A DNA stretch of 64,000 nucleotides, from assembly GCF_030028105.1 (NCBI RefSeq), contig NC_092370.1, positions 198,816,005 to 198,880,004 of the forward strand. The letters run 5' to 3'. The stretch comes from Mobula birostris (Eukaryota). A model generated the notes under the pieces. That model was not told where the DNA came from, made no database searches, and saw nothing but the letters and a program-made list of their open reading frames with translations. Shown piece by piece: positions 51,290 through 61,430 of this stretch (positions are counted from its first letter, which is position 1; each line of letters starts with the position of its first letter). The translations under genes were made by a program, and so were the position numbers.

Positions 51290-52280
51290 TGACACCTGGA
51301 GAGGAACCTCGAGAGAGACTTGGGAGCCTTGAGAACCAGAGAGTCTTGTGGGAACCCCAAGAGACTGAGAGACTGGGGAACCTCAAGAGACCAGGGAACC
51401 CCCAAGTGTCTGAAGGACCATAGAACCCTGAGAGAATGAGAGACTAGGGAACCCTGAGAGACTGAGAGACCAGGGACCTCAAGAGACTGGAGACCAGGGA
51501 ACCCCGAGAAAATGAGAGACCAGGGAACCCCGAGAGACTGTGAGACTGGGGAACACCAAAAGACGAAGAGATCAGGGAACCTCGAGAGATTGAGGGACTG
51601 GGGAACCTCGAGTGATTGAGAGACTGGGGAACTCTGAGAGACTGAAAGACCGGGGAACCCCAAAAGATTAAGTGACCAGGGAACCTCAAGAAAATGAGAG
51701 ACTGGCGAACCTCAAGTGATTGAAAGACCAAGAACCCCGAGAGAATGAGAGACCAGGGAACCCCGAGAGACTGAGAGATCAGTGAACCCTGAGAGACTAC
51801 GAGACCAGTGAACCCTGAGAGACTGGGAGACCAGGGACCCCGAGAGACTGAGAGACTGGGGAACCCTGAGAGACTAAGAGACTGGGGAACCTCGAGAGAT
51901 TGAGAGACCAGTGAACCCTGAGGGACTGAGAAACCAGTGAACCCTGGGGGACTGAGAGACTGAGAGACTGGGGAACTCCGAGAGACTGAGAGACCAGGGA
52001 ACCCCGAGAGACTGCGAGACCAGGGAACCCTGAGGGACTGAGAGACTGAGAGACTGGGAAACCCTGAGAGACTGGGGAACCCCGAGAGACTGCAAAACCC
52101 TGAGAGACTGGGGAACCCCGAGAGACTGCAAGACCAGTGAAACCTGAGAGACCAGTGAACTCCGAGAGACTGAGAGACCAGGGAACCCCGAAAGACTGAG
52201 AGACCAGTGAACCCTGATGGACTAGAGTTCAGGGAACCTCGAGCGAGACCAAAGAACCTTGAGCAGGCCTAGGAACCTCA
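51290..52280. repeat. Purine-rich minisatellite (~26-bp degenerate unit) inside the LTR element
   Basis: Dozens of variants of GAGAGACTGAGAGACCAGGGAACCCC. Confidence 0.92.
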
Positions 52281-52564
52281 AGCGTGTCTAGGGGAACTTT
52301 GACTGGGGCCTGGGAATCTTGAGGGGTGCCCTGAGGTGCAGGCCTGGGAGTCCTCAAGACAGAGAGAACATGAGGAAAACCATGGAAACATTGAAAATAC
52401 CTTGGTATTTGGGAAACCTGGAGAACTTTGATGGCCTTGAGACTTGATGACCATAAGAAACTTGAGAACCCAGGACACAGACTGGGATGCCTAGACCCAG
52501 AAAAAGCCTTGAGATTTGTAAAGTTGAGTCCTTGAAAACATGAAACTCAAAAGCTAGAACAGGA

Positions 52565-53234
52565 TCCTGGAAGTGTTTTACACCACAATTTTCCCAAGGC
52601 AATTAGGATACAGAAGGCTGTACTCTCAATTTTACAGATTGATAGGGCATATACAGGCTCTTTTTATCACTGAGCTACCTGGTTCTCTGGAGATTTGCTT
52701 CATTTGTTACAGGAAAGTTTAATTTTCACAGTTTGTACCATAACTTCCATCAATAGGCCAAATATAAGATAGCTTAGTCTTGAGAAGGTAGCTTACTACT
52801 TTATTTGTGTGCTTGCACACTCCAACCAGGGATCAGCTTTTGGAGCAGGGCTGCCAACTCAAAATACTGTTTCAGGAGATGCTTGTACACTGGAACATTT
52901 GCTACCATTAGCATCAATCATCAGAACAGATAGACGGGAATTATGTATTGTAAAAGGTGAGTCCATTCTACTGCAGTTGTTGATATGTAAGCTTATTTCA
53001 ATTTTCCCAATGGTGTCCTTCTGAACATTGACTTGACATTAAGAAAGGCATACATTACTTGCAAGAAACAACATCAACACAGGGAAAGTTCTTCCAAAAT
53101 TTACACTATTGACTTGAATGTTGAATCAAATGAACGTTATCGATAAGCTTGCTTGAAGCGCTCAACCTTTATTCAGATCTGATTTACAAAGCTGCGAACC
53201 CAGGTACTTATGGCTTGAAAACTCAGAACAGTCA
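52565..53234 (-). pseudogene. Pseudo-exon h of a decayed gene (GREB1-like segment)
   Basis: Acceptor TTTCTCCAG, phase-matched to exon g; reads DCSEFSSHKYLGSQLCKS...VQASPETVF*VGSP...KTKLSYIWPIDG...PYQSV/IESTAFCILIALGKLWCKTLPG, with stops and frameshifts. Confidence 0.6.
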
Positions 53235-54554
53235 CTGGAGAAACTCAAAACGTAGACTTGAGAATAGATGGCATTCTCATAATGAAGCGGACCGATGTCA
53301 AAATGCCATTGTTCAACCTCCACAGGGTCTATTACTGGGTGGCGTCCTTCTGAAATGATGTGTGCTGGCATATGAGAACCCAAGTGCAGAGGAAAGACAG
53401 AATTTGATGTAGAGACAGCGACAAGAGTTTATTCATAATAATTCCAAAAAAAATTAGTGGCTCCGCTGAGCAACACCGTGAAAAGTAACATTTTCAAAAC
53501 TAGGACCCTGCAATTAGTGCTAATCAGTGTCCTCTTGAATAATACAGATAACACAAATTCCCTGAGCCTATGAAAATAAACTTAAGCTTAAACAGTTTAA
53601 ACAGAAAGCACCAGGAGACTGCTTTACAAAGAGCGGGTCGCTTGAGAGAAACACAAGGAACTCTAAAAGATTGACAGCTCTCGTTAAACAACAATTAACC
53701 AATTCAAGTGCTCTCGAAATCTTGGAGTCCAACCCTGACTGGCATCCCGCACAGACCATTACATTTTTGGGCCCCATTTCTGAGGAAGGATGTTGGAGAC
53801 GGTCTTGAGGATATTTACAAGAATGATCCCAGGGCTGAAAGGGTTAATATATGATGAGTGTTTGATGGCTCTGGGCCTAAACGTGCTGTTTAGAAGGTTG
53901 AGGGGGGATCTCATTGGAACCTTCTGAATATTGAAGGCCTGGATAGAGAAGCAGTGGAGAGAATGCTTTCCAGTCTTGGGAGGATTTAAGACCAAAGGGC
54001 AAAGTTTCAGAATAAATGAATATCCAGAATAAAAGAATATAAACGCTACGGAGGCCAAATTAGTGGGTATAGTTAAAGTGGAGGATGATAGGTTTTTGAT
54101 TAGTAAGGATGCCAAAAGATACAGGGAGAAGGCAGGAGAATAGGGTCCAGAGGGAAATGCAAAGCAGCCGCAATCAAATTGTAGAGCTGACTTGATAGGC
54201 TGAATCACCTAATTCTGCTCCTCTGTCTTAGGGTTTTATAGCACGATAGAAGAATCTTCACTAGAAGAATTGCAGTGATTCAAGGTGGTACTCACCAGCA
54301 CAATCTCAATAAAGATGGACAACAAATGTTGGTCCTCTCAGCAATGATGAGATGGGTAACAAAGTTCCACCTTAAGCTTGGCTGAGCATCTACCCTTAAC
54401 CCTAGGATTACATTTTCTGGACTGTATCAGGCCATATCTATTCTGATACCTCTCACCTGACCCTGCATGTAATGACCAGGGTTATGTATACAATACAATC
54501 TATTATTATTAAAAATCTTTTCAATTTCCAAATAAATGATGTCTATTTCATTAC

Positions 54555-54857
54555 CCCGATGCATCCTGATTTTGCTCAGGCGTCACTCTTCACAGCCAGT
54601 CTCGGTTGCCACTTGCACACAGTACAATATAGTGCTTCATTGTCTGTGTTGTCACCTCTTGGACGTATTTCCAATTTAAAATGTACTCTGCTTGTTCAGG
54701 TGAATGAAAAAAATCAATATCAAATTGATAGGAGGTCATTGAATTTTTCCAGAGACCTGGCAGGGTACTCCCCTCAATCAATTCCAGTTAGCTTTCCCTC
54801 ACGGCAATTTGTAAAATCTTCCTGCTTTGGTTTTGGTTCCCTTTTTCATCTGCATAA
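54555..54857 (-). pseudogene. Pseudo-exon g
   Basis: TGTCACAG acceptor, GG|GTAATG donor; single frame YADEKGNQNQSRKILQIAVRES*LELIEGSTLPGLWKNSMTSYQFDIDFF...HYIVLCASGNRDWL*RVTPEQNQDAS. Confidence 0.65.
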
Positions 54858-55039
54858 CTGTGACAACACGTCGGTGGTAATGAAGTGGTATTAAAGATAA
54901 AGATTAGCTTTATTTGCCACCTGTACATCGAAACATACAGTGAAATGCGTTGTTTGCGTCAAAGTAAAACAGCGAGGATTGTGCTGGGCAGTCTGCAAAT
55001 GTGGTCATACTCTCGGTACCAACGTAGCATGCCAACAAC

Positions 55040-55205
55040 TTACTAACCCTGACTGTACACCTTTGGAATGTGGGAACAAACTAGAACACCCAGAAGAAAC
55101 CCGTATTCTTATGGAGAGAACATACAAACTGCTTAGGGTCACTGGTGGGAATTGAACTGGTCCTGTAATAGCATTATGTTAACAATTGCGCTATCGCGCT
55201 ACTAC
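55040..55205 (-). mobile_element. V-SINE-like fragment, preceded by a LINE tail at 54893-55035
   Basis: TTTGGAATGTGGGAACAAACTAGAACACCCAGAAGAAACCC...GGGAATTGAAC. Confidence 0.6.
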
Positions 55206-55320
55206 AAGGATGTCTACAGCCAAAGGATGTACAAGTTTGATGCACTTTTGTCTTAGAAACTTTCTTATGGTCCCATATAATTACAAGCTATTATGAATGA
55301 AGAACCAAGATCTTACTCAC

Positions 55321-55550
55321 CCTTCACCATTTCGTTAGAAAGTAATAGCTGGCTATTGCTTAGACTGGAGGCACCGGTCTGAAGGATGACAGCAACTCTA
55401 CTTTCTAACAATCAGCCTCATACGGGGATGGAATGAGAAAATGTCCATTGTCATTCACAAGAGCAGCGATGATGATCAGTGTATGAAAGATACACATTTT
55501 AGATTCCACAACAGTGAAATGTTAAAACTGTCTTTAGCAATCATAGCTTA
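55321..55550 (-). pseudogene. Pseudo-exon f (5' boundary approximate)
   Basis: Strong donor AGG|GTGAGT; reads IFHTLIIIAALVNDNGHFLIPSPYEADC*KVELLSS. Confidence 0.5.
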
Positions 55551-56123
55551 CTGTAGGAAGTAAAAGGTCACCGAGCAGTGGAAGCAGAGTCACTGACCGC
55601 ACTTAGCAGGTATCCAGACAAGCACTTGAAACACCTAGGCATTGACGACTACAGGACAAATGATCAGATTAAAATGCAAGGGTGCCCACTAGTCAGTATG
55701 GGTACAGTGAGCCAAATGGCCTATTTCCAAGCAGTACAGACTTCCACTCATTGTTCAGTGATCTGTGCTGCAAGTTCCTTGAGAAATCACCGGCTTGGCT
55801 GAGTGGGTTCTCCATTCAGGGTGCTACTGTCTGTTGACATAGACTATCCACGTGATGAACAAGTGGAAAAAGTCAGCTAAGGAAATGCACCCTCACAGAA
55901 AATACTTTGGTTAATATTAGGTTTCATTTACTCCAACAGTTTTGTACTTACCACCACAAATAAAAGTAACATTATATTAATGGATGTCGTAGACACACGT
56001 CAAATCCATGTTTGGCTTTTAGAGAAAAATAATCACAATAAAGAAACAAATAGTGATTACTATCTTCATGGTTACATTTAACATATCAAGAGCACGTGAT
56101 GGATTTAATTGTATTTGAGTTAC

Positions 56124-56665
56124 CTGGTAAGATAAACCCTGCAATAAATTTCATATCCCACTGGTGCTCATCTTGTATAATTATCTGTTGCACTTTAATA
56201 GCGTGGTATCATTGGAATTAAATATCTAATGAGCATGCATGTTGATATTAGTTGTGTTGGTAGAATATATTAATACAGAAAGCATATGCTTAAATTTCCA
56301 AAGAGTTTTTTTCAATCTTAGGATAACTAGATTTCATCAACATATGAAAGGCAACAGATTTAAAGTTCTTTATATATATATAGATATTTGCACATCCAGT
56401 TAAAAGTCCACAGTTTGTGGAATAAAATCTGTGTTTTTGAAGTGTTGGTTCTTGATGATTCACCATGCTGGTCCAATAAGGATTACTCATATGAAGCAGA
56501 TTTAAAAATAAGACATGTGTGTGTGTGTCCACAGCATTTCTTTCAACCCGCATACACGCATGGAAAAATGTATACGAAACAAGCCGCGGCAAATCTCTGA
56601 TACCGAACATCCTTTTTTCAAAAAAACAGGTTGTCAAAATTTTTGACTGTCATGCCCTCTACTGG
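56124..56665 (-). pseudogene. Pseudo-exon e (may be two exons)
   Basis: Acceptor CTTTTGTTTACAG, donor CAG|GTAACT; PVEGMTVKNFDNLFF*KKDVRYQRF...; heavily disrupted. Confidence 0.45.
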
Positions 56666-56770
56666 CTGTAAACAAAAGTGCATTGAAATATTGACAATTA
56701 TTTGGCAGTCTCAATTCTTTTTTGGTACTCCGGGAGTTCTATTGTTCTCTCTGAAAATTGATTTACTTAC

Positions 56771-56967
56771 ACAACTGTGATTCTGCCATCCACTTGACAT
56801 TTCAGGTAATCAAAGAAAACTCTTAGGCCTCAATAACCATTCTGTGATTCGGGTGTTGAAGTGAGTTTGTGTATTCAGGGAGCAGAGGAGCCTGCTTGCA
56901 CTCAGTGGAAAATCAGTAGTGTGTTTTGACTGCAACTCTCTCCCCAGTAAAAGTCACAGGTGTCACC
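56771..56967 (-). pseudogene. Pseudo-exon d
   Basis: Acceptor CTTTTTTCAAAAG, donor GTAAGT; VTPVTFTGERVAVKTHY*FSTECKQAPLLPE.../YLKCQVDGRIT. Confidence 0.6.
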
Positions 56968-57046
56968 CTTTTGAAAAAAGTAAGCAAAGAATAGACACTG
57001 TGGTTGGGGCATGGAGAGTCCAGGGATTTCATCAAGATATACTTAT

Positions 57047-57444
57047 GGTGAGTATTAAATGTCTCAGGTGTGTAATGCTTCCAATAGAATATGAAACCTT
57101 ATTAATGGTGTTACAGGGAAACATTATCCTGCCAGCACTGAGGGGGTCATTATTAATCAGCCCGAGAACAGCAGAGAGGTGAAAATGGGATATTGTGCTT
57201 TTCTTCATGCGGACAGCAAGGCCAAGCAATGGGAAATATTTATCATTCATATGCATGTACAATGAGGGAAATGCCATGGATCATTATGCTACTTAATCAC
57301 ATAAGCAGAGGATGTAAATTGTTGGTTTGTCTAGCAAGTGGGTGGGTAATGTCGATCTTGTCCAGACCTAACTTCGGCAACATACATCAAAACTGAACAT
57401 TCAAAATATGAAACACTGCCATATAGTGACTCTCAAAATCAATC
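57047..57444 (-). pseudogene. Pseudo-exon c
   Basis: Acceptor TTTATTGCTCAG; ESLYGSVSYFECSVLMYVAEVRSGQDRHYPPTC*TNQQFTSSAYVIK*HNDPWHFPH; donor apparently mutated (ATAAGT). Confidence 0.6.
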
Positions 57445-57682
57445 CTGAGCAATAAATACAGATTGCATATATCGACCATTGCTCTATTTATATTTCAGTG
57501 ATTTCCAGATTTAAAGCCAGAAGGAAGGTAAAAATTTTAAAAATATCAAAGAGTTATATCAAACAGTTAGGAAAGCAAAGAATAGACCCTGTGGTAGGGG
57601 CAGGGAGAGTCCAGGGGTTTCATCAAGATATACCTAAGATGTACTGAAGAAGTCTTTTTAAAGTTTTCCACCCATATCTTAC

Positions 57683-57927
57683 TCAAGCGATTCCATCAAC
57701 ACAAGGCACTATGTGACATTTTCTTCCCACATCGTGTGTATTATCTGTGACAATGCATGAAAATCTGAACCAACATCCGCAATGCAGGTTAAAATGCAAA
57801 TCCCTGAAGGCAATTATGACAAATCTCCCTGAAGATCTGACAAAACACGTGCCAACAGAAGAGCAAGAAATTCTGTTATTTAACCTCAAGCGAGAAAACA
57901 ATGATCAGTGCGTGAAAAGCTTTGTAA
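57683..57927 (-). pseudogene. Pseudo-exon b
   Basis: Acceptor CCTTGTATTATTTCCAG, donor GA|GTAAGA; 245 bp in one frame with 4 stops: LQSFSRTDHCFLA*G*ITEFLALLLARVLSDLQGDLS*LPSGICILTCIADVGSDFHALSQIIHTMWEENVT*CLVLMESL. Confidence 0.7.
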
Positions 57928-57959
57928 CTGGAAATAATACAAGGACGAAGTGAGACCAT

Positions 57960-58545
57960 TAGAAGTGGAATTAGTTCATTATTGTCACATGTGCCAAGGT
58001 ACAGTGTGAAGCTTGTTGTGCATACTGTTCATGCAGGTTAATTCAATGCACAGTGCATTGAGAAAGTACAAGCTAAAACAACAACAGAATGCAGAATGAA
58101 GTGCAACAGCTACAGAGACAGTGCAATCCAGATAGACAATAAAGTGAAAGATCATCACAAAGTAGTTTGTGAGGTCAAGAGTTCATCTTATCATTCAAGG
58201 GAACAATTTAATATCCTTGTAACAGAGGGGTAGAATCTGTCCTTGAGCCTGGTGGTACATGCTTTCAGGCTTTTGCTTCTTCTGGCTGGGGGGGAGAGAG
58301 GAGAAGACAGAATGCCTAGAATGGGCTGGGCTATTGATTATGCTGACTTTACTGAGGCATAAAGAAATACAGACATAGTCCATGGAGGGGATGGTAATGT
58401 GCTGAGCTGTGTTCACAACTCTACTGCTTCTTGAGGTTATGTGCATAGCAGTGGACATACCAAGCCATGGTGCATCCAGATAGGATGCTTTCTATGGTGC
58501 ATTGATACAAATTGATAAGGGTCAATGAGGACATGCCAGATTTGT
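57960..58545 (-). mobile_element. Rex1/Babar LINE 3' fragment in a pseudogene intron
   Basis: RVVNTAQHIT...CLSKVSIINSPAHSRHSVFSSLP. Confidence 0.7.
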
Positions 58546-58580
58546 TGTTGTTGAGCAGTTTGCCAAGCTGGCTTGTTAGT

Positions 58581-58624
58581 TTGCAGACGTTTTGTTACCC
58601 AGCTAGGCAGTATCATCAGTGCAA
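58581..58624 (-). ncRNA. Hammerhead-like motif of a second Penelope-type family (core mutated)
   Basis: UUGCA-CUGAUGA-(UACUGCCUAGCUGGGUAAC)-AAAA-C-GUC-UGCAA: 5-bp stem I and GUC site, GAAA changed to AAAA. Confidence 0.55.
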
Positions 58625-58759
58625 CTTCGGATGACATGGTGGTAATTGTTCATCTTTTATGTGTCCGGTGATCAGTCCGTTTGGCTGTGTGTGTGTGTGG
58701 GTATATGTGCCATTGGTTACCAATTATGTAATCCGCGATTGGTTCGTTAAAATCCTTAC

Positions 58760-59345
58760 CTGCCAAAGTTCCTGAGGAAGAGCAGGCAATGTATTTTTTT
58801 GAAGGCTACTTCAAAGTATGTCGTCCTGAAGAATATTTCATCGCTACTTCTATGGAAATTGTGAAGAGAAGCAGTTTTGTAAACTACCATCATTTTTGCA
58901 GGTTGTAATTTGCATTCAGATAACAAAACTGCTTTTAAGTATTTTAGTCCAAGCAGAGAGATCATTTGTAGAGACAGGATGGATGAAGCTTTCCAGTCCT
59001 GCTGCATGAACGATGAGCTTTACAGACTCCCTTGGCATTGCAACAAAGATGTGATTTTGCTATAATATTCAGACTGCTATTTTTCCTTGCCCAAATTGGA
59101 ATGACAGATCAGATTGGGACATCAAGGCTGTACAACTCTTGTAATGCAGGAGGATTGTATTGCTTGGGACCAGGTAGAAAAACAGGAGGAAAATTCTCTT
59201 CAATATTATCTAATACCAGTTGATATTCAACGAGGAAAGCACATTGATTGTGTTTGTATTATTTTATATTTTACCCTATTTTTGTAAGTCGTATTAAAAC
59301 TCACAATGACCTTTGAATCGATTACTTCCAAATTCTCAAGGACTG
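58760..59345 (-). pseudogene. Pseudo-exon a
   Basis: Acceptor CTTGTTTTCCAG, donor CAG|GTAAGG (phase 0, matches exon b); VLENLEVIDSKVIVSFNTTY.../NQCAFLVEYQLVLDNIEENFPPVFLPGPKQYNPPALQELYSLDVPI*.../HIFVAMPRESVKLIVHAAGLESFIHPV...LPALPQELWQ. Confidence 0.7.
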
Positions 59346-59489
59346 CTGGAAAACAAGCTCTTTATCTTAATATTGCTTTGAGATCTGAGTGAAGATTATG
59401 ACTGGGCCTCAAAAAGTGCGAGAGACCTACCCAGGTCAGACAGACCGTTCCCTGGCAATCTCTCGCTCGGCTGGCTCTGTGTCAGAGCT

Positions 59490-60050
59490 ACCATCGTTGG
59501 CTGAGGTTGACCATAGATATTGCATCCTAGCTATTTACGTGATCCATAAGCCAGGGCAGTAAAATGCGGAGAGCAAGCTTTTGCCCATGCAGCGGGCTGC
59601 CCCCTTTATGCAGATGATGAATTCAAAGGAATGGCAAAGACTAATACTGCCTGGCACCAGCGCTGTCGATGCTGAACTCAATGCAGGACTGCCTTAGGGC
59701 CTCCAGCTCCAGGTTTTTCTTCAGGGTTTACTCCCAAAGCCTTCCCCATGAATGGGCATAAGTGCAAGGCAGTGGAGGCATGGGGCCAGAGTCCTTCTTC
59801 TCCTGGATGAGCTGCCAAACATGGCTGACAAGCCCCATTTGCCTGAAGTAACTGGTTTGAAGGCACCTTTTCCCCTTCACCTGTCAGTAGAAATAGGTCC
59901 AGTAGGCTCAGTAGCTAAACCCCACGTGAAGGCCAAGAGCTGGGCTTGGTTGTTACAGGCTATTTGAGATGCATGCCATCAGGAGCATTTGATAGGTAGT
60001 AGGAGCTTATCCCTACTAGCACTCCTGGCTATAACAACCTCAAGGAACCC
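59490..60050 (-). mobile_element. Probable RTE-clade LINE 5'-region-derived repeat
   Basis: GC-richer block; CCTTCTCCTGGATGAGCTGCC...GGCTGACAAGCCCC resembles RTE 5' UTR sequence (from memory, not searched). Confidence 0.4.
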
Positions 60051-60317
60051 CAGAGCTACAGAAAATGTATAAATGAAGCATACAGGTGCTGGCAAAATTA
60101 ACAAAATGAAACGGAAATATAATGAGGGAAATCTGTGCTCATTCACTTTGTTTAGAAAAAAATAGTAGGGGTGCATATCGTTTAAGAGGTGAGAGGCTGA
60201 AAATTGTTGGTGTTCAGAGAGTTCTAGGTATCTTAGTATCTTGATTTGATCATAGGAAATTAATGTGCCAACAATTAAGGCAAGCATGGTGGTTTTTATC
60301 ACAAGTGCATTTAGAGT

Positions 60318-60630
60318 CACAGCAAGGAGATAGGCCCTTCAGCTCACAAAGTCTGTGCTGACCATCAAGCAAGTATTAAAAGTATTCCCATCTGATTCAC
60401 CCCACCTTCTTATCAACTGCTCACATATTCTACTTCTCACCTTCACCACAACAGAGAGCAATAAACTATTGACCAGCATATATTTGAGATCTTGGTGGAA
60501 ACTAAGATGTGCACTAGAAACCCATAGTGTCACACATGGAATGGGAAAACTCTGCACAAATAGCACCAGACGTCAGGATAGAAACCCGGCCACCAGAGCT
60601 TGAGACAGCAGATTTATTATCTGTACCGTC
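60318..60630 (-). mobile_element. Degenerate SINE
   Basis: GAAACTAAGATGTGCACTAGAAACCCA...AAACTCTGCACAAATAGCACC...CAGGATAGAAACCCGG. Confidence 0.55.
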
Positions 60631-61084
60631 GCATTTCCTGTACCCTGAGGTTCAAGAACAGGGATATCTTGCTCCAATTGTCTTCATGAGGTCGACATGG
60701 AATATTGTGTACATCTTTGGCCTACCCACTTAGGGTAGAGTATGCTTCCAACAGAGGGAATGCTGTACAGCAAAGGTTCACCAAAACAGTCGGCAGGTTT
60801 GTCACAGAAGAGATTAAGCAGACTATGCTCTCACTTTCATAGGTTTCGAAGAATGAGAGGTGGTGCCATTCAAGTCCTCAAAGTTTTATGAAGCTTGCTG
60901 TTGAGTTAATGCTTCCCCTGACTGACGAATCTAGCAGCAAGAGTCCCAATCTCAAAAATGAAATCACTGGCTCAATTGAAATATATCACAGTAAACTTTA
61001 GCACTCACAGTGAAGGCTGTGGGTGCTCAATCGTCAAGTATATTCAAGTTAGATACCAATAGAGTTTTAGCTATTAAAGTAAGA

Positions 61085-61430
61085 GATCAGAACCAGAATC
61101 AAGTTTATTTTCACTGACTTACAGGACATGATATTTATTGTTTTGTGGAAGCAGTACAGTGCAAACACAAATTATTATAAACTACAAAATAAACAAGTAG
61201 TGCTAAATAAATAAATATTCAGGTAGCACCTGGGGTCATGGGCTGTTCAGAAATCTGATGGTGGAGAAGAAGCTGTTCCTAAATCATTGAGTATGGGTCT
61301 TCAGGCTCCTGTACCTCCTCCCTAATGGTACAAATGTGAAGACTGCATATCCTGGATGTGAGGGTCTTTAATGATAGATGTTGCCTTCTTGAGGAACCGA
61401 CTTTTGAAGATGATGTTAATGTAGGGAAGT
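61085..61430 (-). mobile_element. Rex1/Babar LINE 3' end
   Basis: AGAACCAGAATCAAGTTTATT tail; homologous to 18700-19120. Confidence 0.7.

Larger units (their letters stand above)
50763..53763 (-). mobile_element. Non-autonomous Gypsy-like LTR element
   Basis: Two diverged ~405-bp direct repeats (50763-51166, 53351-53763) with TG...CA ends and minus-strand AATAAA; purine tract at 51167-51180; gag-like start (I/M)DPVEVEQW just inside the 5' LTR; TSD-like CTTTTG/TTTTTG. Confidence 0.8.
50205..54240 (+). mobile_element. CR1 LINE split by an LTR element (50205-50762 and 53764-54240)
   Basis: Left piece ends ...CTGGAGTACTGTGAGCACTTTTG and right piece begins TTTTTGGGCCCCATTTCTGAGGAAGGATG, giving a contiguous LEYCEQFWAP.LRKD motif. 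Confidence 0.85.

Noticed and set aside
51290-52280. CRISPR-like array, or repeat-protein ORFs (SQSLGVP...)
   Set aside because: No unique spacers and no cas genes; eukaryotic context; the ORFs are by-products of a degenerate minisatellite
52831-52957. Plus-strand exon (CAG|GGATCA...AAAG|GTGAGT)
   Set aside because: Splice signals look good, but the minus-strand reading is longer, phase-linked to neighbouring exons and more protein-like; an antisense non-coding exon cannot be excluded
54472-54894. 140-aa plus-strand ORF
   Set aside because: Antisense shadow of pseudo-exon g; no recognisable motif
58760-58800. LPALPQELWQ as a retroviral protease-RT linker (endogenous virus)
   Set aside because: Ends at a canonical donor that is in phase with the next exon; no RT motifs follow
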